The translations under genes and the position numbers were made by a program. Source: an uncultured Nitrososphaeraceae archaeon (GTDB taxonomy: Archaea > Thermoproteota > Nitrososphaeria > Nitrososphaerales > Nitrososphaeraceae). From it: a DNA stretch of 64,000 nucleotides. Of the stretch, positions 15,579 through 26,705 are shown in pieces (positions within the stretch are counted from its first letter, which is position 1; each line of letters begins with the position of its first letter). The DNA is taken from the NCBI GenBank assembly GCA_963779615.1, contig CAVZZA010000001.1:224001-288000 (forward strand), in the 5' to 3' direction. The notes under the pieces were generated by a model that saw only the letters and a program-made list of their open reading frames with translations, ran no database searches and was not told the origin of the DNA.

Positions 15579-15815
15579 CGGTTTGAAAATATGAAAGGGT
15601 AAAATCCGAAAATCATAGATCACCATCTTTAAAAAATAAATAAGACAAATGGTGAATGTATATTATTTGATTTAATTTATATCGTAATTTTTATTTATAT
15701 CCATACACATCTCAACATTTATTTAATGTAAAATAATATAATAGGTATATATCTAAAAAGTAAAAGATTGTTTTTTGAAAGGTTATATAACTAAATCATC
15801 AATAAAAGGCAATTA

Positions 15816-16283
15816 ATGGTCAGTATTTCAAAAAAAGCTTCCTTGGTAATCTTTTTTGCTGCAGGCAGTATTTTTATAGGGATAGGCATTGCCTCAATAG
15901 CAGATTCAAACATTCCGAGATTTGTAGAGATTTCAGAAATAATTAAACCAAATCAAACAGGAATTTTTACTCCAGATATGAATACAGGAAACATCGCAAA
16001 CATTTCTTTCAATAGGTCTGACGCATCAATAGTAATAAAGAGTCCCAATAACGTCGTCATAATGAACAAAACCCAAGATAATCAAATATTTAATGAAACA
16101 ATAAAAGCAGAAAACAATGGAAAATATAAAATAGAGATTACTAATACTGGAAATACAGATCTGGGTTTAAATTTAGGAGCTTTTTCAAAGGCAAGTCCAA
16201 TAGCTTTCAGTGGTCAAATGATGTTAATAATAACAGGAATAATCATAATAGGACTTGGGATGAGAATGAGAAAGCAAGACTGA
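15816..16283 (+). CDS. Hypothetical membrane protein (N- and C-terminal TM helices, beta-rich middle)
   Basis: 155 aa ORF, hydrophobic termini, TATA upstream. Confidence 0.7.
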   Translation: MVSISKKASLVIFFAAGSIFIGIGIASIADSNIPRFVEISEIIKPNQTGIFTPDMNTGNIANISFNRSDASIVIKSPNNVVIMNKTQDNQIFNETIKAENNGKYKIEITNTGNTDLGLNLGAFSKASPIAFSGQMMLIITGIIIIGLGMRMRKQD

Positions 16284-16284
16284 A

Positions 16285-17124
16285 CTAAACAATCTCGGCT
16301 TTTTTATAGGAACCAAGTATTTTAAAAAAAAGAGTTTCTTTTTTTATATTTAACATAGATTTTTTTATTGTGTCTTCGTTTGGATTTCCTTCAAAGTCAA
16401 CAAAAAAGTAATATTCCCATGGAATATCTTTAGTTGGTCTTGACTCAATTTTCGTTAAATTAATATTTCTTAATGCAAATTCCTTTAAAATCAAGAACAA
16501 AGAACCTGGAGTATGAGAAATAGAAAAAATTATGGAAGTTTTGTCAGCCGTGGTTTGATTACCAGAGATTTTGGATATGACCAAAAATCTTGTAAAGTTA
16601 TTATTTTTATCCTCAATACCTTCTTCAATTATTTTCATATCATAAATTTCAGCAGCTCTCTTACTAGCTATAGCCGATGCATAAACCAAAGAATGTTCTT
16701 TTATAAATTTTACAGAGCCAGCGGTATCGTATGATGGAATGGGCTCTAAAGACCTTTTTCGGATATATTTTCTACATTGGGCTAATGCTTGAGGATGGGA
16801 ATAAACAGTTTTTATTTCCTGAGAGCGATTGTTAGTAATTAAACAATGTCTTATCCTTTGATAAATTTCGCCAGTTACAAATAGCTGTTTTTCCATCAAT
16901 AAATCATAAGTTTCATTCACACTACCTTCTATAGAATTTTCAACTGGAATTATAGCAGCATCTAAAAAAGAATTTTCAACATTATCAAATAAATCCTGAA
17001 AAGATCTGAATGGAATAAAATTAGCTTGGGAATTGGAAAAAAATCTAAGTGCGGCTATTTCACTGTAGGATCCTAACTCCCCTTGAAATCCTATTTTTTC
17101 AATATCCATCATTTTGTAAAACAT
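16285..17124 (-). CDS. pheA: Prephenate dehydratase with ACT domain
   Basis: GELGSYSE, PVENSIEGSV, SHPQALAQC, NFTRF and LTKIESRP. Confidence 0.96.
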   Translation of the reverse strand: MFYKMMDIEKIGFQGELGSYSEIAALRFFSNSQANFIPFRSFQDLFDNVENSFLDAAIIPVENSIEGSVNETYDLLMEKQLFVTGEIYQRIRHCLITNNRSQEIKTVYSHPQALAQCRKYIRKRSLEPIPSYDTAGSVKFIKEHSLVYASAIASKRAAEIYDMKIIEEGIEDKNNNFTRFLVISKISGNQTTADKTSIIFSISHTPGSLFLILKEFALRNINLTKIESRPTKDIPWEYYFFVDFEGNPNEDTIKKSMLNIKKETLFFKILGSYKKAEIV

Positions 17125-17738
17125 TGTTTATCATAAAGCAACGTGAAAGCTTCTTTACCATAATCAATGGAAACTTTTCTTTCTTCAAAATTACCACATG
17201 ATGTACATTTTAACCCCCCCTGAACTTTGATTAAATCACAATTGCCACAGGAAAAACAAATTGTGTAAACTAAACCCAAATCTTTATCTTCTAACGTTAT
17301 ATGAATTGAAGAATTCAATAGGCTAAAAACTCTTCCACGTATAATATCCCCTACTTTAAAAATAAGCTTTCCCTTATAATTCCTTTCACGCCAACCAGAA
17401 TTATAGTTACCCCCCATGTTAGAAATGCGAGTAGACGCAATTGCAGAAAATCCAGAATGAGAATGCTTATCATTGATATAGACAACCCTTACCGATATCA
17501 TATTTCCAAATAACATATCAATATAACCAACTACAATATCTCCAATTTTTGGTATCAGTGGAGGGTTTTTTTGCGTAATATCTAATATTCTACTAACCAT
17601 ATTAACAACAGGCTTACCTATAACAGCAGATCTAACATCGCCTTCAATTACAAAAGTATTTTTTCCCGGCTCAAATTCTTCAATTACCGAAATGGAATTT
17701 CCTGGAATAATATTATCAATTTCTCGGATTTTATTCAC
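17109..17738 (-). CDS. csl4: Exosome complex RNA-binding protein Csl4
   Basis: EEFEPG, S1 domain (PKIGDIVVG, FKVGDIIRGRV), DLG-x-V and Zn ribbon CFSCG...CTSCG-x-x-EERK. Confidence 0.9.
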   Translation of the reverse strand: MNKIREIDNIIPGNSISVIEEFEPGKNTFVIEGDVRSAVIGKPVVNMVSRILDITQKNPPLIPKIGDIVVGYIDMLFGNMISVRVVYINDKHSHSGFSAIASTRISNMGGNYNSGWRERNYKGKLIFKVGDIIRGRVFSLLNSSIHITLEDKDLGLVYTICFSCGNCDLIKVQGGLKCTSCGNFEERKVSIDYGKEAFTLLYDKQCFTK

Positions 17739-17797
17739 ATTAAATCAATAAACATTATCTACTTTATAGTTATAATTGTTGCACAAAAGATAACACA

Positions 17798-18661
17798 TTA
17801 ATTTAATAATTTAATTGTATTCAATGCTATTTTGGTTTCTTTTACATTATGAGTTCGTATTAGAGAGGCTCCATTTAATATGCAATAAATTTCTGTAACT
17901 ATTGATGGTATCAGTCTTTCATCTACATTTAGATCCAGCAACAAACCCATAAATGATTTCCTGGAAACTGAAATACAAATGGGCCTATCGAGAGAAGTTA
18001 TTAATGTAATATTAGAGATAACATCGATATCTCGTACATACCAATCCATTCCGTCGATTTTTGAAAAAAAAGGACTAATACCAGATTTTCTAAAAAATCC
18101 AATAGATGGATCAACTATCACTTTTTCATCGTTTATCTTAAAACCTTTAGTAATGTTTATACTGTCCACTAATAATTTAATAGTGTCATAAATATCGCCA
18201 GCTAATAAATTTGGATAATCAGAATTAATCCTAAAAGCGCCTACAATAACTGGAATTTCACACTTAGAAACTATCAAAGGCATTTGTTTATCATATTTTA
18301 ATCCTGAAATATCGTTTAATGCATTTATTTCATATTTTAATAGAGATGCCAATACTTTGGATCTGACAGTATCTACCGAAATAGGTATATCACTGATCTG
18401 ACGAATTACAGATATTGCATGTTGTAGTCTTTCCACCTCCAAATCAATCGGAATATACGTTTCCAAATAAGGAGCCGTAGACATACCTCCTACATCAATG
18501 ATGTCAGCCCCAGCACATTGCATATCTAAAACAGCATTTTGAATTTCATCAGAATTTAATTTTACAGACTTTTTATAAAAGGATTCAGGACTTAAATTAA
18601 CTATCCCCATTATTTTGGGGCAGGAATTTTGGCCTATTGTAACATTACCTATCTCTGTCAA
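17798..18661 (-). CDS. folP: Dihydropteroate synthase
   Basis: IMGIVNLSPESF, IIDVGG-x-ST, ISVDT, NDISG, DPSIGF, SRKSF and IRTHNV. Confidence 0.92.
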   Translation of the reverse strand: MTEIGNVTIGQNSCPKIMGIVNLSPESFYKKSVKLNSDEIQNAVLDMQCAGADIIDVGGMSTAPYLETYIPIDLEVERLQHAISVIRQISDIPISVDTVRSKVLASLLKYEINALNDISGLKYDKQMPLIVSKCEIPVIVGAFRINSDYPNLLAGDIYDTIKLLVDSINITKGFKINDEKVIVDPSIGFFRKSGISPFFSKIDGMDWYVRDIDVISNITLITSLDRPICISVSRKSFMGLLLDLNVDERLIPSIVTEIYCILNGASLIRTHNVKETKIALNTIKLLN

Positions 18662-18889
18662 TAAAACACAAATACAAAAAAGGTATTAATACATTAATAT
18701 AAAGACATTTTAAAAACAATCAAATGCATTTAACATTTTTTTATGAAACAAATCCGGATATTATTTGATTATTCTTAACTTTACTCCAAATTACGAAAAT
18801 TGAAAAAGATTCAATCGCCTCGATTTATATTTAAGTATACTGTTTTTTCATATTGGAAACAGAGTTGATCCTTTCAGTTCTATATATAA

Positions 18890-19250
18890 CATATTGAAGT
18901 TCTCAATCATGCTGTTTATTGAAGGCAAAATGATGTTTTAGTCGCAGAAATTTATAAGCCTCCCACAATATTGGATAGATACATATATAGAAATTTACGA
19001 TAAGTCTTCATACTATAACAAATTCCATTTTTCAATATGTCAACTCCAAGAGTTTCTTATCGCAGTGTCTTGATAACACATACCAGGGGTATTGAACTCC
19101 TACCGTGATCGACATTTTATAAAGTATTGTACCCCCAAATTATTTTTCTTTTGCAGGCCTATTTTGATATTCTGCTCTTGTGAGGGCCCAAATAAAGACA
19201 TGTGTCCTTTAAAAAAGGCAATATCCCACATAATCTTCTTAACAGAAATA
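18890..19250 (-). mobile_element. Highly decayed IS6-family transposase remnant
   Basis: The minus strand near 18900-18965 reads EAYKFLRLKHH followed (out of frame) by SMIE, matching QACRFLKLKHH...KSIIER of the intact copies. Ends not recognisable. Confidence 0.4.
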
Positions 19251-19331
19251 AATAAAAGTAAATACAGGTCATGAAAAGGAGAAGAAAAAAATAAAAATTT
19301 TATAATCTAGAAATACCTTTAATAATAAATT

Positions 19332-19739
19332 ATGGAAAACAATATTTCGAATTTTAAAGAACTTTGCGATATAATTATTGGAATAGACACTAGAATAAGG
19401 TTTATTGGAATAGCAGATAAACATGGAATAATAATAACCAAAGGAGAAAGAAAAGGAATAGTACCGCTATTAAATGATGAAGAAACAGAGCAATATGCCA
19501 TAACGGCATCTACAAGACAATATACAAGATTGAGATGGCAAAATATTTTAGGAAAACTACATTATACTTGTTCTTTATATGAAAAGATTCTAAGAATAAC
19601 AATACCAATAACTAATCAAAACAACAGATTAGAATACCTGTTGATTTTTACTTTGGACCCCAACATTAACGATTTTGATAATTTGGTTATGAATAAAATA
19701 ATGCATCCAATAAATAATTTTTTTTCTAAACTATTATAA
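19332..19739 (+). CDS. Conserved thaumarchaeal roadblock/profilin-like small protein (DUF6659-like)
   Basis: D-x-RIRFIGIADKHG...GERKGIVPLL...LGKLHY...YEKI pattern. Confidence 0.7.
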   Translation: MENNISNFKELCDIIIGIDTRIRFIGIADKHGIIITKGERKGIVPLLNDEETEQYAITASTRQYTRLRWQNILGKLHYTCSLYEKILRITIPITNQNNRLEYLLIFTLDPNINDFDNLVMNKIMHPINNFFSKLL

Positions 19740-20073
19740 TTTATAAATTATCGAATTCATTTGGAAAAATTGAGAGGGTTAATTATTTACATAAATAAAA
19801 TTGTAATGCCAGAAATAATAAATTGCACGATTAACCAAACACCAAGTTTTATCCTTGCATACTTTTTTAATACCGTATTAATATTATTAAAATAATAATA
19901 GCTATGAATTTTAAAAATGCCATTTAGAAAAATAAAATTGAAGAATAGAAGAAGAAGAAGAAAATAAAACTATTTTTAACAGTCAATAAAAAAGATAACC
20001 AAAGAGATAGAAATCTATTGATATTTCAAAAGATTTAATATCGAAATCCAAAGAAGAAGTAACTAGTTAGTGA

Positions 20074-20961
20074 ATGACTCATTGCATAGCTATACATTCG
20101 TACAAGGGCGGTACAGGTAAAACAACTATTGCTGCAAATACTGCAGCACTGCTTGTGAAAGCAGGTAAAAAAGTTGCCCTTTTAGATCTAGACATTTATG
20201 CACCCAGTTTACACAATTACTTTAAAATAACCCCAAAGAAATGGATAAATGACTTTTTAGATAACAATGCAGATATTGAAGAAACAATATTGGATGTGAC
20301 TGAATCGATACATAACAAAGGGGAATCCTTAGGCAAGTTTTTTGTAGGTTTTTCAAATCCAAACAGAGATGCAATATTTAAATTTGAAATTAGCAATGGA
20401 ACAGAGTATTGGAAAAAACAATTTAGAAAATTAGTGTTCCTAAGAGAGCAAATGATAACCAAGATGGACATGGACTATATAATAATAGACACCAGTCCAG
20501 GAATTAGGCATTGGTCTATAAATGCTCTATCAATAGCAGATAAATTAATACTTACCATGAAAATGGATGACTTAGACATAGAGGGAACAAAAAAATTAAT
20601 ATATGAGATATATACGACATTTGTAAAATTCGGTGCCATATCATACATTTTACTCAATAGAATATCAGGATATTGTGTTCCTATGACACCAGTTAAACCC
20701 CCAGACGAGAAAACCAATCCTACACATGCACATTATGCACAAACATACAATAATACAATAGAAATGTCAAATGCAAAACATGTATTAGAGGGATTAGAGG
20801 AAATGACAGGTGTAAAATACCTTACACCTTTACCCTGTTATTGCGATATCCAATTTAGCTCCAGGGAGTTCTTAACAGTAGTCAATAATCCAAACCATCC
20901 TTTTTCAAAAAGCTTACAAACCATAATTAGCGAGATAGTAAAAGACACAAATGTTTCATAA
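20074..20961 (+). CDS. MinD/ParA-family ATPase
   Basis: Deviant Walker A KGGTGKTT, LLDLD and IIDTSPG. Confidence 0.9.
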   Translation: MTHCIAIHSYKGGTGKTTIAANTAALLVKAGKKVALLDLDIYAPSLHNYFKITPKKWINDFLDNNADIEETILDVTESIHNKGESLGKFFVGFSNPNRDAIFKFEISNGTEYWKKQFRKLVFLREQMITKMDMDYIIIDTSPGIRHWSINALSIADKLILTMKMDDLDIEGTKKLIYEIYTTFVKFGAISYILLNRISGYCVPMTPVKPPDEKTNPTHAHYAQTYNNTIEMSNAKHVLEGLEEMTGVKYLTPLPCYCDIQFSSREFLTVVNNPNHPFSKSLQTIISEIVKDTNVS

Positions 20962-21030
20962 ATACAATACAAAAACAATATTTAATATTTAATTTTAAAT
21001 TAGAGATCAGATATATAAAATCAGCCTGAT

Positions 21031-21660
21031 ATGAATAAAAAAAGGAAAAATCCAGAAGATAACAATAATAAAAATAATATAAATAATAAAGTAGAAGATA
21101 ATAACACCAGTTATTTCGCCAGAGGTAGAAAAAAAAGAAAACAGTATATGAAAATAATAATTCCTGCAATTCTAGGGGTTATTGCAATTAGCATAGTATT
21201 AGCAGTATTATTTCCAGGGAGTAACACTTATGCAAAATATGGAGTGGTAGGATCTGCACACGAACACGCTGCGTTAATAGTTGATTTGAATGGAACAAAA
21301 ATTAACTTTGCCCAGCCAAAATACATGATAAGATCTAATTACATCCATATGGAAAACCATAATGGTGCACCAGATGGAACAACTTTACACAGACATGCCA
21401 CCATGGTACCCATCGGAGAATTTTTAAAGAGCGTACGAATGGACATATCAAATGGTTGCTTTATAACCGATGAGAATAAACGCTTTTGTGATAATAACAA
21501 TACAAAATTAACATATTACATAAATGGAAATCAAACTAAAGATATAATGGGATATGTATTAAAAGACGATGATAGGATTTTGATACTTTATGGAAATCAA
21601 AGTTCAAGTGAAGTTAATAATGAGATACAGGAACTAAATAATGTAACAATAAATAGATAA
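21031..21660 (+). CDS. Conserved membrane-anchored His-motif protein
   Basis: Basic N-terminus and one TM; HEHA, IHME and LHRHA motifs, C-x9-C, and a ubiquitin-like tail YVLKDDDRILILYG. Confidence 0.75.
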   Translation: MNKKRKNPEDNNNKNNINNKVEDNNTSYFARGRKKRKQYMKIIIPAILGVIAISIVLAVLFPGSNTYAKYGVVGSAHEHAALIVDLNGTKINFAQPKYMIRSNYIHMENHNGAPDGTTLHRHATMVPIGEFLKSVRMDISNGCFITDENKRFCDNNNTKLTYYINGNQTKDIMGYVLKDDDRILILYGNQSSSEVNNEIQELNNVTINR

Positions 21661-21972
21661 AGTAATAGGGTAGCAATTCGAAATTTACTTTTTGTTTTGA
21701 ATTATATCCAGTTTCATTTTTATTTAAAAAAACAATATCCCATTTATTTAATATAGTGATATTATATATCCTGATGTGTTCTTTACAATTTAAACAACAA
21801 AAGCACTTTTTACAAATGCAATATTGTTTTTATTACTAGTTATTAAAAAAAGGATGTTGTTAGAGTTTTTTAAATTTTTAATGCCTCGATATCTATATTT
21901 ATCCATTTATTATGATAACAAGGCTAAAAACTAGATTTCGAGTTTGAAAGGTACAAGAACAGGCATACATAT

Positions 21973-22782
21973 TCATTCCACTGGAAGTGTAGGTATATTG
22001 CCCCATTCACCCCATGAGCCTAGATACATTTTAACATTGAGATAACCGAGGTTTTTCAACACAAGATATGTATTTGCAGCTCTATAGCCACCTTGACAGT
22101 ACGTAATGACCTCTTTATCTATTGGAATGAAAGAATACAATTGAACAAGTTTACCTAATTCTTTAAATTTGCCGTTTTCAAGATTCCTAACCCAATCAAT
22201 ATTAACAGAGTTAGGAATATGTCCTCTTCTGGCCGCCCTCACAATTAACCCGTCATACTCCATTTCAGACCTACAATCAATAACGAATACATCATTAGTT
22301 TTTTGTTCAATTATATTTTTAATATATTCTGCATCAGCCAATACTTTATTGTTTATTCTGAAAACATTTTCAGAATGAATAAATGGGTTAGTTTTTGTTT
22401 CTACGGGATAGTCTGATTTTAACCAATTTTCAAAACCTCCATCCAATATACAAACATCTGTATGAGAAAAATAATGTAATAACCAAACTCCCCTCGACGC
22501 CGATGAGCCAGAAATACCATCATAAAAGATTACAAAACTTTGTGGATTAACGCCAACATAATTTAACAACATATTCATTTGTTTATTAAATTGAACAATT
22601 CCCTGCTTTGAAGTATCAAACCAATGGAAATTCATCAAGTCCATGTTAATTGAGCCAGGAATATGCCCTTTATTATAATCAGAAAAAGGTCTCGCATCTA
22701 TAAGTAATAAATTCGGATTTTGAGCATCAATCAATTGATATAAAGACTCACCATAAATAACGGTGTCCAAAATTAAAACCAA
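21973..22782 (-). CDS. Two-domain rhodanese / sulfurtransferase
   Basis: GHIPGS, LDGGF-x-x-W, GHIPNS, catalytic YCQGGYRA and YLGSWGEW. Confidence 0.93.
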   Translation of the reverse strand: MVLILDTVIYGESLYQLIDAQNPNLLLIDARPFSDYNKGHIPGSINMDLMNFHWFDTSKQGIVQFNKQMNMLLNYVGVNPQSFVIFYDGISGSSASRGVWLLHYFSHTDVCILDGGFENWLKSDYPVETKTNPFIHSENVFRINNKVLADAEYIKNIIEQKTNDVFVIDCRSEMEYDGLIVRAARRGHIPNSVNIDWVRNLENGKFKELGKLVQLYSFIPIDKEVITYCQGGYRAANTYLVLKNLGYLNVKMYLGSWGEWGNIPTLPVE

Positions 22783-22833
22783 TATAATTAATTTAAGCCT
22801 ATAGATAATGCTTTCTCATAACAAAATACTAAT

Positions 22834-23328
22834 TTGAAAAAGGTTTTAATAAAAAGTGATAAAATAAATCAAGTATATCAAATGGTAAGAAAAGCGGCAA
22901 AGTCAAAATCTGAAGAAAACGGTCTTCCAGAATGGGCAGAAAATGAAATAAAATATGCAAATTTTCAAGGATATGACATGATTAATAGAACAGGTTATTT
23001 CCTAGATATTAACGAACAGAAAAAAAAAGCGGACATTCAATTATACGAATCACTACCAGACGGCAGAACTATAATTGAAGAAATAGAAATTTCAGACAAA
23101 TCAAACATAAATGAATTCATGAAAGGTTTTGTGTATGAATACAATATTAAAATTTCAAAAGCTGGATTAAGCGAACAATTAGCAGAATTATTAAAAACAA
23201 AATATCAGCTTGATATAAATGAAATTTATAAATTTGATTTAGAAACTGCCCAAATGATGAATGTAGAATCAGACATCATACAGAATAACTCTGGAGGAGA
23301 AGAAGAAGAGGACATCGATGAAAAATGA
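22834..23328 (+). CDS. Conserved hypothetical protein with acidic tail
   Basis: 164 aa ORF (TTG start), divergent from the rhodanese gene. Confidence 0.65.
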   Translation: MKKVLIKSDKINQVYQMVRKAAKSKSEENGLPEWAENEIKYANFQGYDMINRTGYFLDINEQKKKADIQLYESLPDGRTIIEEIEISDKSNINEFMKGFVYEYNIKISKAGLSEQLAELLKTKYQLDINEIYKFDLETAQMMNVESDIIQNNSGGEEEEDIDEK

Positions 23329-23762
23329 TAAATATTGTTTTATAACCCAATATTTCTTTTTATTATGATTTTAGAGAGCTTTTGTACAATGAATCGTTTC
23401 AAGATGGTCTGTAAAATCAACGATTCAATTTCATTTATTGAAGTTTTTCTATTTTTCAGATACACTGTTTCAGCATTAGATTAAGACATTCATACACTGA
23501 ATACCAAGAATTGAATTGCTTATCACAATTACCAAGTTTTGTCAAATTGTCACAGCATTATTGGAACTAGATTTAGATTTGTTTTTTGATATTAAATAAA
23601 TTTTAAATCGGCTAATGAAAAATCATTAGAAACATATTCACCACCAAACTAAAGGACATCTCATCAATTAGACAATTTTATCTTTAAAAATGGAAATAAT
23701 ATCTTTCACCATAGATAAAAACTTTAAATGAAAAATACTTAAAACGTTTATAATAAATTTTC

Positions 23763-24815
23763 TTAACTGTCAGTAAATGTAGAAGTAGAAGGTTGCGACA
23801 TTTTTGAATAGCTTTTACCCAATGCCAATTTCATTAATGCAATCCACATTATAATTAAAGGAATGTGATAAGAGGCTATACGCCAAGCAACAATCACATT
23901 CAATTGGCCATCAGTAAGAATATTTCCAAGCTGTGAGAAATCATTCAAGTGTGTGATATAGCCCCAAAGACCTAATTCTGCCAAACCAGAGCCCCCTATT
24001 GTAACAGGCAGAGTTCCCAAAATAGTAGAAGAAGAGGTGGCCATAAATGAGGTAAATAAATTGACATCATTCCCTATAGAATGGGTTAATACAAGAAAAG
24101 AAAGACCATGAAAAACAAATGCCAATAAAGTAATGACTATACCAACTGAGAATATTTTAACAGATTTGAATGAACCAAAGTTTTCTCTGCTCATCATGCA
24201 TAAATCGTCTAACGCTTTATTTACAGAATTAACTCCACGGATGGCTTTTTCTTCTGAAATGAATTTTTTGCATAACTTTAAAGAAAATGATGGTAATCTG
24301 ATATTTTTTTTTGCAGAATAAATCAATAGAAAAAACCAAAATCCAAAAGTTGGAAGAGCAATCAAAATTAGCAAAACGCCAATAAATGTGGCCCCCTCAA
24401 GCAGTGCATTAAAACCTGCTATAAAAGCCAGTATTGTACCAACAAAAACATCTGCAATAATCTCCATGGTAGTGACCCATGCAGCTTTTCCTGCAGAAAC
24501 ATTGTTTTTTGTTAAAAATGCGATTCTTACAAGCTCTCCACCAACATAAGAAGGTGTAGTCTGAGTTACAAATTCACCCGCCAACCTAGCATAAACTATT
24601 TTCCAAAACGAACTTACCTCACTTCCAATGAATTTCCTAACAAAATAAAAAAATCGGATTGCCTGAAGGAAGATCTTTATCATCGTTGCAACAAAAGACA
24701 ATAAAAAAGGAAAAATACCAACGGAAAAAATATCATTGAGTGATACGGGAGTAAATACAAACATAAGTATTATAGGAATTATACTTACAAGGATGGAAAG
24801 TAAACGCCAATTCAA
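23763..24815 (-). CDS. UPF0104 / lysylphosphatidylglycerol-synthase TM (flippase-like) protein
   Basis: Multi-TM; TPSYVGGE, LPVTIGGSGLAE and WRIASY. Confidence 0.85.
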   Translation of the reverse strand: MNWRLLSILVSIIPIILMFVFTPVSLNDIFSVGIFPFLLSFVATMIKIFLQAIRFFYFVRKFIGSEVSSFWKIVYARLAGEFVTQTTPSYVGGELVRIAFLTKNNVSAGKAAWVTTMEIIADVFVGTILAFIAGFNALLEGATFIGVLLILIALPTFGFWFFLLIYSAKKNIRLPSFSLKLCKKFISEEKAIRGVNSVNKALDDLCMMSRENFGSFKSVKIFSVGIVITLLAFVFHGLSFLVLTHSIGNDVNLFTSFMATSSSTILGTLPVTIGGSGLAELGLWGYITHLNDFSQLGNILTDGQLNVIVAWRIASYHIPLIIMWIALMKLALGKSYSKMSQPSTSTFTDS

Positions 24816-24899
24816 CTTATATCAACTAATTCAAATCAAGTAATATAATAATCATACAAATAGAACAATAAAATTAGAATAAGATGGAAACCATTTCAA

Positions 24900-25671
24900 A
24901 TGCATACTATTTTCGTTACTGGTACGGCTGGCTCAGGAAAATCATTATTAACATCCAACCTTTTAAAATGGTACAACAGTAATGGCATTACACCCATATC
25001 AATAAATTTAGACCCAGGCGTAACTAATTTACCTTATGATTCGGATATAGACGTAAGGGATTTTATTGATATATATTCAATCATGGAAAATTATAATTTA
25101 GGGCCAAATGGCTCATTGATATTAGCTAACGATTTAATATCTACCAAGTTAAGCGAAATACAACATCAGGCAGATGAACTAAATCCTGATTATATTGTTG
25201 TAGACACACCAGGACAGATAGAGTTGTTCGCTTTTAGATCCAGTGGCCCATATTTCGTTTCAAATTTTTTTTCAGACAGCAAAGTAACTCTTTTTACTAT
25301 TGATGGGACTTTAGCTCAATCACCAATCAATTATGTATCATTAATGTTTTTATCACAATCGGTTAAATTACGACTAAATACACCCCAAATTAATGTTCTC
25401 ACCAAAAGAGACAAAATAATAGACAAGTTGGAAGAAGTTACTTGAATGGTCTAACTCCATTTCATCATTACAAAATTCACTTTATGAAGAAAAAAATCAC
25501 GAGCAATCATTGCTTAGCATGGATATAATAAGAACTCTTTATAAAAGCGGACACTTAACAAATCCTATCGCAATATCAAACATAACAATGAACGGAATGA
25601 TAAATTTATCAGGAGCTCTTTCGCGAATATTTACACAGGGAGAAGAGGAAGCAGAAGAAAAAAACGGATAA
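24900..25671 (+). CDS. GPN-loop GTPase, +1 frameshift at ~25438 (likely sequencing error)
   Basis: GTAGSGKS, NLDPG, LGPNG and DTPGQIE. Removing one T from GAAGTTACTT continues EEVLEWS...to TAA at 25669-25671. Confidence 0.9.
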
Positions 25672-25687
25672 GAAATGTGATATAATT

Positions 25688-26671
25688 ATGAAAAAAACAG
25701 AAGATAGAATTGATGAAATAGAATATCATGAATGCGTTATAAGCTCACCCTCATCTACAGCAAACCTAGGTCCAGGCTATGATGTTTTTGGTTTGGGTTT
25801 AGATGCGTTAGAAGATATGGTTTGTCTCAAGGTAATAGAAAAATCAAAAGATAGTCTAAACAATATCAAAATAAGAATAAAGGGTGAAGGAAGCAAGAGT
25901 ATTCCAGAGGATCCTGAGCGAAATTCGTCAGGAAAAGTTGCAAAAAAAATTATTGCAGATTATAATTTGCATAAATACGACTGTATTATAGAAATGGAAA
26001 AAAACATTCCACCAGGATATGGAATGGGAAGTAGTGCCGCATCGGCAGTTGCAACAGCCGTTGCTTTTAATAAAATTTTCAAACTTGAGCTAAATGACAC
26101 AAAACTATTAGATTATGCTGCAGAAGGAGAATTAGCAAGCGCAGGCGTAAAACACTTTGACAACATTGCAGGATCATTTTTTGGCGATTTTGTAATAGTA
26201 AGAAGTGATCCAGAATTAGAATTTATAAAAATAAAATCACCAAATGCTTTGACGATGGTTGTTTGTGTTCCTTTAATAGACGTTCCTAAAATGAAAACAG
26301 AATTCGCCAGGAAATTATTACCTCAGGAAGTTCCACTAAAAAAAATGGTAAAAAATCTTTCAAACGCATGCACCATTGTAGCGGGCTTTTTTAATAAAGA
26401 TATACGGATGATATGCAATGGTATTGATGATTGCATAATAGAACCCGCAAGGCAAAAACTGATTCCAGCATATGAACAAGTTAAAGAAATGTCACTGCAA
26501 GCAGGAGCATTAGCATTCACTATCAGTGGCGCAGGCCCCTCTACAATTGCATTTTTGGATACAAAAAATAAAGGATCACAGGTATCTGACGCTATGATAG
26601 AAACCTATAAGAAGGTAGATATAGAGTGCAAAACTTTTATATGTAAACCCAGCAGCGGTACAAAAAAATAG
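25688..26671 (+). CDS. thrB: Homoserine kinase
   Basis: STANLGPGYD, GHMP motif IPPGYGMGSSAA, HFDN and ISGAGP. Confidence 0.95.
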   Translation: MKKTEDRIDEIEYHECVISSPSSTANLGPGYDVFGLGLDALEDMVCLKVIEKSKDSLNNIKIRIKGEGSKSIPEDPERNSSGKVAKKIIADYNLHKYDCIIEMEKNIPPGYGMGSSAASAVATAVAFNKIFKLELNDTKLLDYAAEGELASAGVKHFDNIAGSFFGDFVIVRSDPELEFIKIKSPNALTMVVCVPLIDVPKMKTEFARKLLPQEVPLKKMVKNLSNACTIVAGFFNKDIRMICNGIDDCIIEPARQKLIPAYEQVKEMSLQAGALAFTISGAGPSTIAFLDTKNKGSQVSDAMIETYKKVDIECKTFICKPSSGTKK

Positions 26672-26705
26672 TTTCAATAAAATAAACAATGAAAAGCAGC
26701 AGCTG

